Shown here: positions 1 through 8,061 of the stretch, piece by piece
Layout of the letters: every line of letters starts with the position of its first letter
Numbering within the stretch: the stretch's first letter is position 1
From: Cereibacter sphaeroides 2.4.1
Lineage (GTDB): Bacteria; Pseudomonadota; Alphaproteobacteria; Rhodobacterales; Rhodobacteraceae
NCBI RefSeq assembly: GCF_000012905.2
Contig: NC_007494.2
Location: forward strand, 600,001-632,000
Reading direction: 5' to 3'
DNA: 32,000 bases
Notes under the pieces: generated by a model
The model's input: the letters and a program-made list of their open reading frames with translations, nothing else
What the model was told of the DNA's origin: nothing
Databases searched by the model: none
Position numbers and translations under genes: made by a program

Positions 1-1195
1 GCCGCTTCTCGCGCGCAGCCCCCCGCAGCCCCTGATAAAGGGTCAGCGGCCGGCCCACGATGGCCCGCACCGTCTGGCGCGGGTTCAGCGCGGTATCGGC
101 CGACTGGTAGATGATCTGGATGCGGCGCAGAAGCTCGAGCGGGCGCTGCCGCAGCTTCGGAGGCAGCGCCGCTCCGTCGAAGAGCGCTCGCCCCGCCGAG
201 GGCGCCTTCAGCCCCGCGATCACCCGGCCGAGCGTGGACTTGCCCGAGCCGGATTCGCCCACCAGCGCCACCGTTTCGCCGCGCCCGATCCGCAGGTCGA
301 TGTCGCTTAGCACATCGAACGTGCCGAAGCGCGCGCCGAGCCTCTCGATCGACAGGAGCGCCGCAGCCGTCGCCCCCTCCACGGCCGCCTCGTTCGCGGG
401 CATCTCGTGGACCGCCCAGAGGCTCTGCGTGTAGGGATGCTCGGGGTGATCCATGATGGCGGAGATCGGCGCCTCCTCCACCACCTCTCCATAGCGCAGC
501 ACCGCCACGCGATGGGCGATCTGGGCCACGACGGCCAGATCGTGGGTGATGTAGATCGCGGCCACGCCGAATTCCTCGATCACCTTGCGGATCGAGATCA
601 GCACCTCGACCTGCGTCGTCACATCGAGCGCCGTGGTCGGCTCGTCGAAGACGATCAGCGCCGGATTGCAGATCATCGCCATCGCGACCATGGCCCGCTG
701 CAGCTGGCCGCCCGACACCTGATGCGGGTAGCGCGCGCCGAAGTTCTGCGGATCGGGCAGCTGCAGCGCGGTGAACAGCGCCACCGCCCGCTTCTCGGCC
801 TCCGCGCGCGACAGGCCGCCCCGGTCGACGGCCACGAGCGTGATCTGATCCATCAGCCGGTGCACCGGGTTGAAGGCGGCCTGCGCGCTCTGCGCCACAT
901 AGGCGACCTTCGTGCCGCGCAGGCGGCGGCGCTCTTCCTCGGGGATGGCGAGCAGCTCGATATCCAACAGCCGGACCGAACCGCCGCTCGCCCGCGCGCC
1001 CGGCCGCAGGTAGCCGAGAGCTGCGAGCCCCACGGTGGACTTGCCTGCGCCGGATTCTCCCACGAGCCCCAGCACCTCGCCCTTGCAGAGCGAGAGGCTC
1101 ACCCCCCGGACGATCTCGGACCAGCTGTCGGAGGATTTCGCCTCGATCCTCAGGTCGCGGATCTCGAGCACGGCGGGGGACGGTTCGACGGCCAT
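1..1195 (-). CDS. ABC transporter ATP-binding protein, fused two-domain (DppD/DppF-like) ATPase of a peptide/opine-family importer; 3' end runs off the left edge
   Basis: It is absent from the ORF track because there is no stop codon in the window. Reverse translation from the ATG at 1195-1193 gives MAVEPSPAVLEIRDLRIEAKSSDSWSEIVRGVSLSLCKGEVLGLVGESGAGKSTVG (Walker A). In the same frame are QVSGGQLQ (698-721, ABC signature) and LIVFDEPT (635-658, Walker B). A second in-frame Walker A, LVGESGSGKST (about 229-265), shows a second ABC domain. The start lies 3 nt after the stop of the upstream permease. Confidence 0.9.
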   Translation of the reverse strand, partial: MAVEPSPAVLEIRDLRIEAKSSDSWSEIVRGVSLSLCKGEVLGLVGESGAGKSTVGLAALGYLRPGARASGGSVRLLDIELLAIPEEERRRLRGTKVAYVAQSAQAAFNPVHRLMDQITLVAVDRGGLSRAEAEKRAVALFTALQLPDPQNFGARYPHQVSGGQLQRAMVAMAMICNPALIVFDEPTTALDVTTQVEVLISIRKVIEEFGVAAIYITHDLAVVAQIAHRVAVLRYGEVVEEAPISAIMDHPEHPYTQSLWAVHEMPANEAAVEGATAAALLSIERLGARFGTFDVLSDIDLRIGRGETVALVGESGSGKSTLGRVIAGLKAPSAGRALFDGAALPPKLRQRPLELLRRIQIIYQSADTALNPRQTVRAIVGRPLTLYQGLRGAAREKR

Positions 1196-1198
1196 GGC

Positions 1199-2077
1199 TC
1201 AGCCCTCCTCGTTCAGGCCGCTGGCCCGGTTCAGCAGCCAGTCGACCACGAAATTGACCGCGATGGCGAGCAGCGCGATGGAGGCGGCCGGGATCAGGGG
1301 CGTGATATCGCCCATGTTGATGAGGGCCGCATTGTCCCGGACCATCGAGCCCCACTCCGCCAGCGGTGGCTGGATGCCTACGCCGAGGAAGGAGAGCGCC
1401 GCAATGGAGAGGAAGATGAAGCAGAAGCGCATGCCGAGCTCGGACAGGATCAGCGGCAGCACGTTCGGGAACACCTCGTGGACCGAGATCCAGAGCAGGC
1501 TCTCGCCGCGCACCCGGGCGGCCTCGACGAAATCGAGGCTGGCCACGTTCAGCGCCGCGGCGCGCGAGATGCGGAAGAAGCGGGTCGAGGTCAGCACGGC
1601 GATGATGAGGATGAGGTTCGGGATCGAATTGCCGAAGATCGACAGGATCATCAGGATGAAGATCAGATCCGGCACCGACATCAGCGCATCCACGAAGCGC
1701 GAGATCGCCTGATCGACGAAGCCGCCGATCAGCGCCGAGAAGACGCCGAGGAGGCAGCCCAGCCCGAAGGAGATCATCGTGGTCACGAGCGCGATGGAGA
1801 TCGAGTTCCGCGCCCCGAAGATCAGCCGCGACAGGAAATCCCGCCCGAGCTGATCGGTGCCCAGCAGATGCTGGGCGCTCCAGCCGTCGAAGGGGATGCG
1901 CGAGACCACCTCGACCTCGCCGTAGGGCGCGATCCAGGGCGCAAAGATCGCGACGAAGGCGTAGATCGCGACGAGGACCATTCCCAGCCGTGCGGTGAAG
2001 GGCGCGGTGGTGAGAAGCCTGCGGGCGCGGGTCAGGCGCGACGGCGTGGCGGGGCGGGCGTCGATGCTCTGGTCCAT
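1199..2077 (-). CDS. ABC transporter permease, DppC/OppC-like (binding-protein-dependent transport inner membrane component)
   Basis: The 292-aa ORF has multiple hydrophobic segments, an N-terminal FAPWIAPY..LGTDQLGRD motif typical of DppC/OppC, and an EAA-loop-like VEAARVRGES..FPNVLPLI. There is a GAGGGG RBS before the ATG at 2077. Confidence 0.9.
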   Translation of the reverse strand: MDQSIDARPATPSRLTRARRLLTTAPFTARLGMVLVAIYAFVAIFAPWIAPYGEVEVVSRIPFDGWSAQHLLGTDQLGRDFLSRLIFGARNSISIALVTTMISFGLGCLLGVFSALIGGFVDQAISRFVDALMSVPDLIFILMILSIFGNSIPNLILIIAVLTSTRFFRISRAAALNVASLDFVEAARVRGESLLWISVHEVFPNVLPLILSELGMRFCFIFLSIAALSFLGVGIQPPLAEWGSMVRDNAALINMGDITPLIPAASIALLAIAVNFVVDWLLNRASGLNEEG

Positions 2078-2087
2078 GATACCCCTC

Positions 2088-3053
2088 TCAGCGCGGATGC
2101 AGCAGGCGCGGGTTGCTGACGATCGAGACGATATCGGCCAGCAGGTTGAAGCCGATGTAGGCCGTGGCGAAGATCAGCGCGCAGGCCTGGATCACCGGCA
2201 CGTCGCGGTTGCGCACCGCGTCGATCATCGCCTGACCGACGCCCGGATAAACGAAGACCACCTCGATCACGACGACGCCGGAGATGAGATAGGCGAGGTT
2301 CAGCGCCACCACGCTCGCGATGGGGCCGATGGCATTGGGCAGCGCCTGACGCGTGACCACGCGGCCCTCGGATTCGCCCTTCAGCCGCGCCATCTCGACA
2401 TAGGGGCTCGACATCACCGACAGGATCGCCGCGCGCGTGTTGCGGATCATGTGCGCGAGAATGACGAGGAGCAGCGTCAGGATCGGCAGCACCATGCGGT
2501 AGAGCTGCTCGCCCAGATCCATGCTGTTGCGGATCCCCGCCATCGAGGGGAACCATTGCAGCTTCACCGCGAAGATCATCATCATCAGATAGGCCACGAA
2601 GAATTCCGGCAGCGAGATCGAGGCGAGCGTCGAGGTCGACAGGAAGCGGTCGATGAACCGGCCGCGGAAGCGCGCGCAGATCACACCGAGGGTGATCGCG
2701 AGCGGCACCGCGATCACGGCCGTGATCGAGGCCAGCGTGATCGTGTTGAGGAGCCGCGGCCCCAGCACCGCCATGACCGGCCGACCGGCGAAGGACTGGC
2801 CGAGATCGCCCGTCGCCGCCGCGCCGAGCCACGAAAGGTAGCGCCAGATCGCCGGTTGATCGAGCCCGAGCCGGGTCTCGAGAGCCGCCACCGCCTCGGG
2901 CGTCGCATTCTGCCCGAGGATGGCCGAGGCATAGCTGCCCGGCAGCAGGCTCACCGAGAAGAAGATCACCAGAGACACGATAAGGAGGCTGAGAAGCCCC
3001 AGACCGACCCGACTGGCCACCATGGACAAGATCGGATGGGAAGTTCTGTTCAT
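2088..3053 (-). CDS. ABC transporter permease, DppB/OppB-like
   Basis: This is the ORF 2088..3140 trimmed to the ATG at 3053 (MNRTSHPILSMVASRVGLGLLSLLIV...). An alternative ATG is at 3023. It has six or more hydrophobic spans and an EAA loop YVEMARLKGESEGRVVTRQALPNAIGPI. Confidence 0.85.
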   Translation of the reverse strand: MNRTSHPILSMVASRVGLGLLSLLIVSLVIFFSVSLLPGSYASAILGQNATPEAVAALETRLGLDQPAIWRYLSWLGAAATGDLGQSFAGRPVMAVLGPRLLNTITLASITAVIAVPLAITLGVICARFRGRFIDRFLSTSTLASISLPEFFVAYLMMMIFAVKLQWFPSMAGIRNSMDLGEQLYRMVLPILTLLLVILAHMIRNTRAAILSVMSSPYVEMARLKGESEGRVVTRQALPNAIGPIASVVALNLAYLISGVVVIEVVFVYPGVGQAMIDAVRNRDVPVIQACALIFATAYIGFNLLADIVSIVSNPRLLHPR

Positions 3054-3085
3054 ACTCGGCTGTCTCCGGCAAGGCTCGGGTGAAA

Positions 3086-3107
3086 GGGCGGTCAGGCAGG
3101 TCCGCCC
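3086..3107 (-). other. Intercistronic stem-loop between the SBP gene and the first permease gene
   Basis: GGGCGG-N10-CCGCCC. On the minus-strand mRNA it sits about 10 nt after the SBP stop and is followed by TTTCACCC. This is the usual position for hairpins that raise SBP:permease transcript ratios. Confidence 0.3.
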
Positions 3108-3118
3108 ACCCCGTTGTG

Positions 3119-4723
3119 TCAGACGTCGGTGCGCCACCACCGCTCGGCGCAGCGATGATTGTCGGCGGGCAGGATGCCTCCGGTCTCACCATGGCCGATG
3201 GCGCGCGACATGGCGAGCAGCCAGGACACGAAGGCCACCGTGATCACGCCGCCGTCGTCGTGCAGGATCTGCTGCATCTCGGCATACTGTTCGCCCCGCG
3301 TGGCGGGATCGGTCTCCGACCGCGCCGCCGCATGCAGCTCGTCGAAGCGGGCGTTCTTGAACCCCGTGTTGTTCCAGGGCGCGTCGGAGGTGTAGGAGGT
3401 GGCGAACAGCCAGTCGAGCGTGACCCGCCCGTACCAGTCGGCGGCGTTGAAGGGCTTCACCAGCCAGACATTGTCCCAGTAGCCGTCATCGGCCTCCTGC
3501 ACGAGGTTGATCGTGATGCCGGCCTTGGCGGCATGTTCGCGGAAAAGGACCCCCGCTTCGACCGCACCGGGAAAGGCGGATTCGGCCACCGAGAGATCGA
3601 CCGTCAGCCCCTCGATCCCGGCCTCGGCCAGAAGCGCCCGCGCGGCCTCGGGATCGTAGCGGTGCTCGGGCGGCGTCTCGGCCCAGAAGGGCATGATGCG
3701 CGCCACCGGGTTGTCGTTCCCCGTCTCGGCCTCGCCGAGGAACACCTTGGCGATCACATCCTCGCGGTCGAGGCTGAGCTTCAGGGCCTTGCGCACGACC
3801 GGATTGTCGAAGGGCGCCGTTTGGCAGTTCATGTCGAAGGTCAGGTGCCGCAGGCTCGGCGTGCGGTGCAGCACCAGATCGGGATTGCGCTCGATCAGGG
3901 GGACGTTGCGGATGTCGACATCCTCGATCACATCGACCTCGCCGGTCAGCAGCGCATTCAGCCGCGCGGACCGGTCGGGGATCGCGATGAATTCGACCTC
4001 GTCGAAATGCGGCAGGCCGGGCTTGTGATAGTTCGGATTGCGGAGCAGTCGGACCGCGACGCCCGGCTCGAAACTGTCGAGCTTGAAGGCGCCGGTGCCG
4101 ATGCCGCTCTCCCAGTCGATGCCGCCGCCCTCCTTCGCCGGGAAGATCGAGAGGTGATAATCCGACAGCAGATAGGGGAAGTCGGCATTGCCCTGCGTGA
4201 GGGTCACGATCAGCCGGTCCTCGCCCTCGACGGCGATCTCCTTGATCTGGCTGACGATGGCGAGCGCGCCCGAGGTGCTGCCCTCGCCCATGTGATGCAT
4301 CAGCGACTGCCGGGCATCCTCCGGGGTGAAGGGGCGGCCGTCGTGGAACAGGACACCCTTGCGGAGCGTGAAGGTCCAGCGGGTGGCACCCTCGGCCTCC
4401 TCCCAGCTTTCGGCGAGATCGCCCGCCAGCGACCCGTCCGGCAGAAGCTCGACGAGGTTGTTGCAGAGCGCGCCGTTGAAGGCCGCACCGCACATGACGG
4501 TGGCCCAGCTGCCGGGCTCGAGCGAATCCTGCTGCGAGCCGTCGTTGACGCCGTAGCGGAGCCGGCCGCCCCGCTTCGGCCCTTCCTCGGCTCGCAGCGA
4601 GGCGGGCAGGCAGAAGGCGCCGGCCACGGCGGCCGCGCCCCCCAGAAAGGCCCGTCGCGAGGGGGCGAGGCTCATGGCCTGCGCAAGGATCTGCCCGCCG
4701 ATGGGGCCCGTGGGGTAGCGCAT
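3119..4723 (-). CDS. ABC transporter substrate-binding protein, family 5 (peptide/nickel/opine type), paralog B, Tat-type signal
   Basis: This is the ORF 3119..5065 trimmed to the ATG at 4723 (GGAG 8 nt upstream). An alternative ATG is at 4675. The N-terminus MRYPTGPIGGQILAQAMSLAPSRRAFLGGAAAVAGAF carries a twin-arginine motif. The protein is collinear with, and by eye well over half identical to, the upstream SBP (LPDGSLAGDLAESWE, NPNYHK, LNALLTGEVD, PSLRH.TFDM). Confidence 0.85.
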   Translation of the reverse strand: MRYPTGPIGGQILAQAMSLAPSRRAFLGGAAAVAGAFCLPASLRAEEGPKRGGRLRYGVNDGSQQDSLEPGSWATVMCGAAFNGALCNNLVELLPDGSLAGDLAESWEEAEGATRWTFTLRKGVLFHDGRPFTPEDARQSLMHHMGEGSTSGALAIVSQIKEIAVEGEDRLIVTLTQGNADFPYLLSDYHLSIFPAKEGGGIDWESGIGTGAFKLDSFEPGVAVRLLRNPNYHKPGLPHFDEVEFIAIPDRSARLNALLTGEVDVIEDVDIRNVPLIERNPDLVLHRTPSLRHLTFDMNCQTAPFDNPVVRKALKLSLDREDVIAKVFLGEAETGNDNPVARIMPFWAETPPEHRYDPEAARALLAEAGIEGLTVDLSVAESAFPGAVEAGVLFREHAAKAGITINLVQEADDGYWDNVWLVKPFNAADWYGRVTLDWLFATSYTSDAPWNNTGFKNARFDELHAAARSETDPATRGEQYAEMQQILHDDGGVITVAFVSWLLAMSRAIGHGETGGILPADNHRCAERWWRTDV

Positions 4724-4812
4724 CAGGTTTTCTCCGCCCTGAACGAAAATGTCGGAATGTCGCCCGGGGCGCGCCTCGCGCTCCGGGCCGTCTGAGACCG
4801 GGCCTGCCGACC

Positions 4813-6420
4813 TCAGTCCTTGACCCACCAGCGCTCGCACATCCGCATGTTGTCGAGCGGCATCAGCCCGCCGACCTCGCCGAAGCCGATGCGGTTCGAG
4901 ACGGCGTTGCGCCAGCTCACGAAGGCCACGGTGATGACGTTGCCGTCGTCGCGCAGGATCTCCTGCATTTCGGCGTAGCAGGCGGCGCGCTTGGCCTCGT
5001 CGGTCTCGGCCCGCGCCGTCTGGTGCAGCTCGTCGAACCGCGCGTTCGACCAGCCCGAATTCCACGGCGCGCCGGTGACATAGCTCGTCGAGAACAGCCA
5101 GTCGACGGTGGCGCGGCCGAAGTAGTCGACCGCGCAGAAGGGCTTCTTGCGCCAGACGTTCTCCCAGTAGCCGTCGGCCGCCTCCTGCACGATGTTGATG
5201 TTGATGCCGGCCTCGGCCGCATGGCGCTGGTAGAGCGTCGCCGCCTCGATGGCGCCCGCAAACGCATTCTCGGCCACCGACAGATCGACGCTCACCTGAT
5301 CGAGCCCGGCCTTGGCCAGATGCTCCTTGGCCTTCGCGATGCTGTATTCGCGCGCGGGCATGTCGTGGTAGAATTTCTGGATCGAGGCGACCGGGTTGTC
5401 GTTCCCCTTCGTGGCCTCGCCAAGGAACACCTTCTCGATCACGTCATCCCGGTCGAGCGCATATTTCAGCGCCAGCCGCACATCGGGATTGTCGAAGGGC
5501 GCGACGCGGGTGTCCATGTCGAAGGTGAAGTGGCGCAGGCTCGGCACGCGCTGAACCGAGAAATCGCCGCTGCGCTCGACCATCGCCACGTTGCGGATGT
5601 CGAGATCCTGGATGAAATCGACCTCGCCGGTCAGCAGCGCGTTCAGCCGCGCCGTGGCGTCGGTGATGTTGATGAACTCGACCTCGTCGAGATAGGGCTT
5701 GTTGTTCTTGTGGTAGTTCGGGTTCCGCTTGAGGCGGGTGGCGATGCCCGGCTCGAAGCTCTCGAGGAGGAAGGCGCCGGTGCCGTTGGCGCTCTCCATG
5801 TCGATCCCGCCGCCCTCCAGCGCCGGATAGATCGAGAGGTGATAATCCGACAGGAGGTAGGGCAGGTCGGCATTGCCCTCCGAGAGGGTGATGCGGACGG
5901 TGTCGGACCCTTCGATGTCGATGGTCTCGATCTGCTCGACGATGGCGCGCGCGCCCGAGGTCGAGTCCGGCTTCATGTGATGCTCGAGCGACTGGCGCAC
6001 GTCTTCCGCCTCGAGGCTCTTGCCGTTGTGGAAGGTCACGCCCGAGCGCAGCTTGAAGCGCCAGACCTTCGCGCCGGGCTCCGCCTCCCAGCTCTCGGCC
6101 AGATCGCCCGCGACCGAGCCGTCGGGCAGGATCTCGACGAGGTTGTTGTAGACGCCGCCGTTGAACGAGGCGCCGGTCCAACTCGTCGACCAGCTGCCGG
6201 GATCGAGGTTGTCGTTCTGCGAGGCATTGTGCAGGCCGAGCCGCATGAAGCCGCCGGCCTTCGGTGCCGCCTGCTGGGCAAGCGCCGCACCGGGCAGGCC
6301 GCTCATGGCGCCGGCCGCCAGCAGCGCCGAACTGCGGGCCAGAAACTCGCGACGCGACAGCTGTCCGCGCCGCAGCCGCGTGACCAGATCGTCCATCAGC
6401 AGGTGGTGCGATTTGTTCAT
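4813..6420 (-). CDS. ABC transporter substrate-binding protein, family 5 (peptide/nickel/opine type), paralog A, Tat-type signal
   Basis: The 535-aa ORF has a SRREFLARSSALLAAGAMSG twin-arginine signal and the family-5 SBP length and layout. It is the first gene of the leftward transporter operon. Confidence 0.9.
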   Translation of the reverse strand: MNKSHHLLMDDLVTRLRRGQLSRREFLARSSALLAAGAMSGLPGAALAQQAAPKAGGFMRLGLHNASQNDNLDPGSWSTSWTGASFNGGVYNNLVEILPDGSVAGDLAESWEAEPGAKVWRFKLRSGVTFHNGKSLEAEDVRQSLEHHMKPDSTSGARAIVEQIETIDIEGSDTVRITLSEGNADLPYLLSDYHLSIYPALEGGGIDMESANGTGAFLLESFEPGIATRLKRNPNYHKNNKPYLDEVEFINITDATARLNALLTGEVDFIQDLDIRNVAMVERSGDFSVQRVPSLRHFTFDMDTRVAPFDNPDVRLALKYALDRDDVIEKVFLGEATKGNDNPVASIQKFYHDMPAREYSIAKAKEHLAKAGLDQVSVDLSVAENAFAGAIEAATLYQRHAAEAGININIVQEAADGYWENVWRKKPFCAVDYFGRATVDWLFSTSYVTGAPWNSGWSNARFDELHQTARAETDEAKRAACYAEMQEILRDDGNVITVAFVSWRNAVSNRIGFGEVGGLMPLDNMRMCERWWVKD

Positions 6421-6517
6421 GTGTTCACCCTGTCAGGTTTGGTTATCCTTGGATGTCCCGCCGGGATGCAGCTGTCTTGCGCAGCCTTCCGACCTGCCGG
6501 TGATCCTTATGGAAATC

Positions 6518-6545
6518 ACGATACGCAGAAATCGAATCCTGTCAA
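6518..6545 (-). promoter_or_regulatory. Candidate sigma70-type promoter for the leftward transporter operon
   Basis: On the minus strand: TTGACA (6545-6540), a 16-nt spacer, then TATCGT (6523-6518), about 100 nt upstream of the SBP start at 6420. The -35 box abuts or overlaps the candidate operator. Confidence 0.35.
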
Positions 6546-6569
6546 CAAACTGATTGACCAATCAATCGA
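6540..6569. promoter_or_regulatory. Candidate operator (CTGATTG-N6-CAATCGA), related to the palindrome at 17070-17105
   Basis: tGTCAACAAACTGATTGACCAATCAATCGAg lies in the divergent SBP/amidase intergenic region. It contains the 14-bp palindrome TGATTGACCAATCA. It aligns with GTCAACATTTCTGATTGCCCGATCAATCAGA at 17068-17098, sharing GTCAACA, CTGATTG, a 6-nt spacer and CAATC. Confidence 0.45.
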
Positions 6570-6620
6570 GCAACCACCAGAATGCGCCAGGTTTCCCCCG
6601 CTGCCGAAGGCCCCTCCCCC

Positions 6621-8054
6621 ATGACCGAGACGCCCCTCGCCTACCTCAGCGCCGCGCAGCTGACGGCCCTTTATCGCGCCCGGAAAATCTCGCCCGTCGA
6701 AGTGGTTACGGACGCCCTCGCGCGGATCGAGGCCAGCGGAGACAGTCTGAACGCGGTCTGCTTCACCTACCCGGAGGAGGCGCTGGAGGAAGCACGCGCC
6801 TCCGAGAAGCGATATATGTCCGGCGCACAGAAACCGGGCATGATCGATGGCATCCCTGCCGCGCTGAAGGACGAGACCATGATGGCGGGCAAGGTCACGA
6901 CCTACGGCTCGCTCCTCTACGCGGACCATGTGGCTGCGAAGAGCGCGCCGGTCGTGCAGCGGCTGGTCGAGGCGGGCGCGGTGATCCATGCCCGCACCAC
7001 CACGCCCGAATTCTCCTGCGCTCCCTTCTGTCACTCGCGGCAGTGGGGCGTGACGCGCAACCCGTGGAACCTCGCCTTCACGCCCGGCGGCTCCTCGGGC
7101 GGCTCCGGGGCGGCGCTCGCGGCGGGGCTCGCGCCGCTGGCCACGGGCTCGGACATCGGCGGCTCGATTCGGATCCCGGCCTCCGCCTCGGGGGTGGTGG
7201 GCTTCAAGCCGCCCTACGGCCGTGTGCCCTCGACCCCGCCCTTCAACCTCGATCCCTACAACCATCCGGGCCCCATGGCGCGCACGGTCGAGGATTGCCT
7301 GCTGATGCAGAACGTGCTCGCCGGCCCCCATCCGGAGGACATCGCCTCGCTGAAGCCCAAGCTCGAGCTGCGGCTCGACCGGTCGGGGGTGAAGGGCTGG
7401 AAGATCGCCTATTCGCTGGATTTCGGCTTCATGGAGATCGATCCGGCGGTGCGGGCCAACACGCTTGCGGCGCTGGACGTGTTCCGCGCGCTCGGCGCCG
7501 AGGTCACGGAGGTGGCGCTGCCCTGGTCCTGGGAGGTCTATCGGGCCGCCGCCACCCATCACAAGGCGCTGTTCGGCGCCTGGCTTGCCGAGTATCTGGA
7601 CGAGCGCGAGGAGCGGCTCACCTCCTACGCCCGCCGCTTCGCCCGCGACGCGCTCGCCACCACCACCCGCGACTATCTCGCCGGGATGGAGATCGAGGGC
7701 CGGATCTGGTCGCATTTCGGCCCGATGATGGAGGGGTTCGACCTGTTCCTCTGCCCCACCCTCGCCATTCCCGCCGTGCCGGCCGAGTTCGACTTCTCCG
7801 ATCCGCTGATCATCAACGGAGAAGAGATCGACTCCTATCTCGGCTGGACGATGGCCTGGCCCTTCAACATGCTCAGCCGCTGCCCGGTCCTGTCGCTGCC
7901 CTCGGGCCGTGCGCCGAACGGCGTGCCCACCGGCATCCAGCTGGTGGGCCGGACCTATGAAGACCAGAGCGTCTTCACGGCGGGCCTCGCCTACGAGACC
8001 GCTCTCGGCGGCTGGTATGGCACCGCCGCAACCCGTCCCTCCCTGCCCTTCTGA
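6621..8054 (+). CDS. Amidase (amidase-signature family)
   Basis: This is the ORF 6582..8054. The preferred start is the ATG at 6621 (MTETPLAYLSAAQL). It carries AS-family motifs: GGSSGGSGAALAAG, GSDIGGSIRIPA and the upstream catalytic-Lys context PAALKDE. Confidence 0.9.
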   Translation: MTETPLAYLSAAQLTALYRARKISPVEVVTDALARIEASGDSLNAVCFTYPEEALEEARASEKRYMSGAQKPGMIDGIPAALKDETMMAGKVTTYGSLLYADHVAAKSAPVVQRLVEAGAVIHARTTTPEFSCAPFCHSRQWGVTRNPWNLAFTPGGSSGGSGAALAAGLAPLATGSDIGGSIRIPASASGVVGFKPPYGRVPSTPPFNLDPYNHPGPMARTVEDCLLMQNVLAGPHPEDIASLKPKLELRLDRSGVKGWKIAYSLDFGFMEIDPAVRANTLAALDVFRALGAEVTEVALPWSWEVYRAAATHHKALFGAWLAEYLDEREERLTSYARRFARDALATTTRDYLAGMEIEGRIWSHFGPMMEGFDLFLCPTLAIPAVPAEFDFSDPLIINGEEIDSYLGWTMAWPFNMLSRCPVLSLPSGRAPNGVPTGIQLVGRTYEDQSVFTAGLAYETALGGWYGTAATRPSLPF

Positions 8055-8061
8055 GGTCCCG

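Noticed and set aside
4724-5065. An N-terminal extension of the second SBP ORF (648-aa version starting at 5065), which would overlap the first SBP gene by about 250 nt.
   Set aside because: The extension is Arg-rich and precedes the Tat signal by more than 110 residues. An internal ATG at 4723 has a GGAG RBS and gives a 534-aa protein collinear with the 535-aa paralog. Similar over-long 5' extensions were trimmed for the ORFs at 2088..3140, 7909..9096, 9120..9887, 10715..12340, 15563..17029, 17082..19175, 18994..20439, 20391..21671 and 22548..30584.
407-6624. Long plus-strand ORFs (407..2119, 1995..3083, 3080..4795, 5023..6624) covering the transporter operon.
   Set aside because: They are antisense shadows of the ABC ATPase, permease and SBP genes. 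Their translations are Arg/Asp/His/Gly-rich with no transporter or enzyme motifs. The minus-strand frames carry Walker A/B, EAA loops, Tat signals and transmembrane segments.
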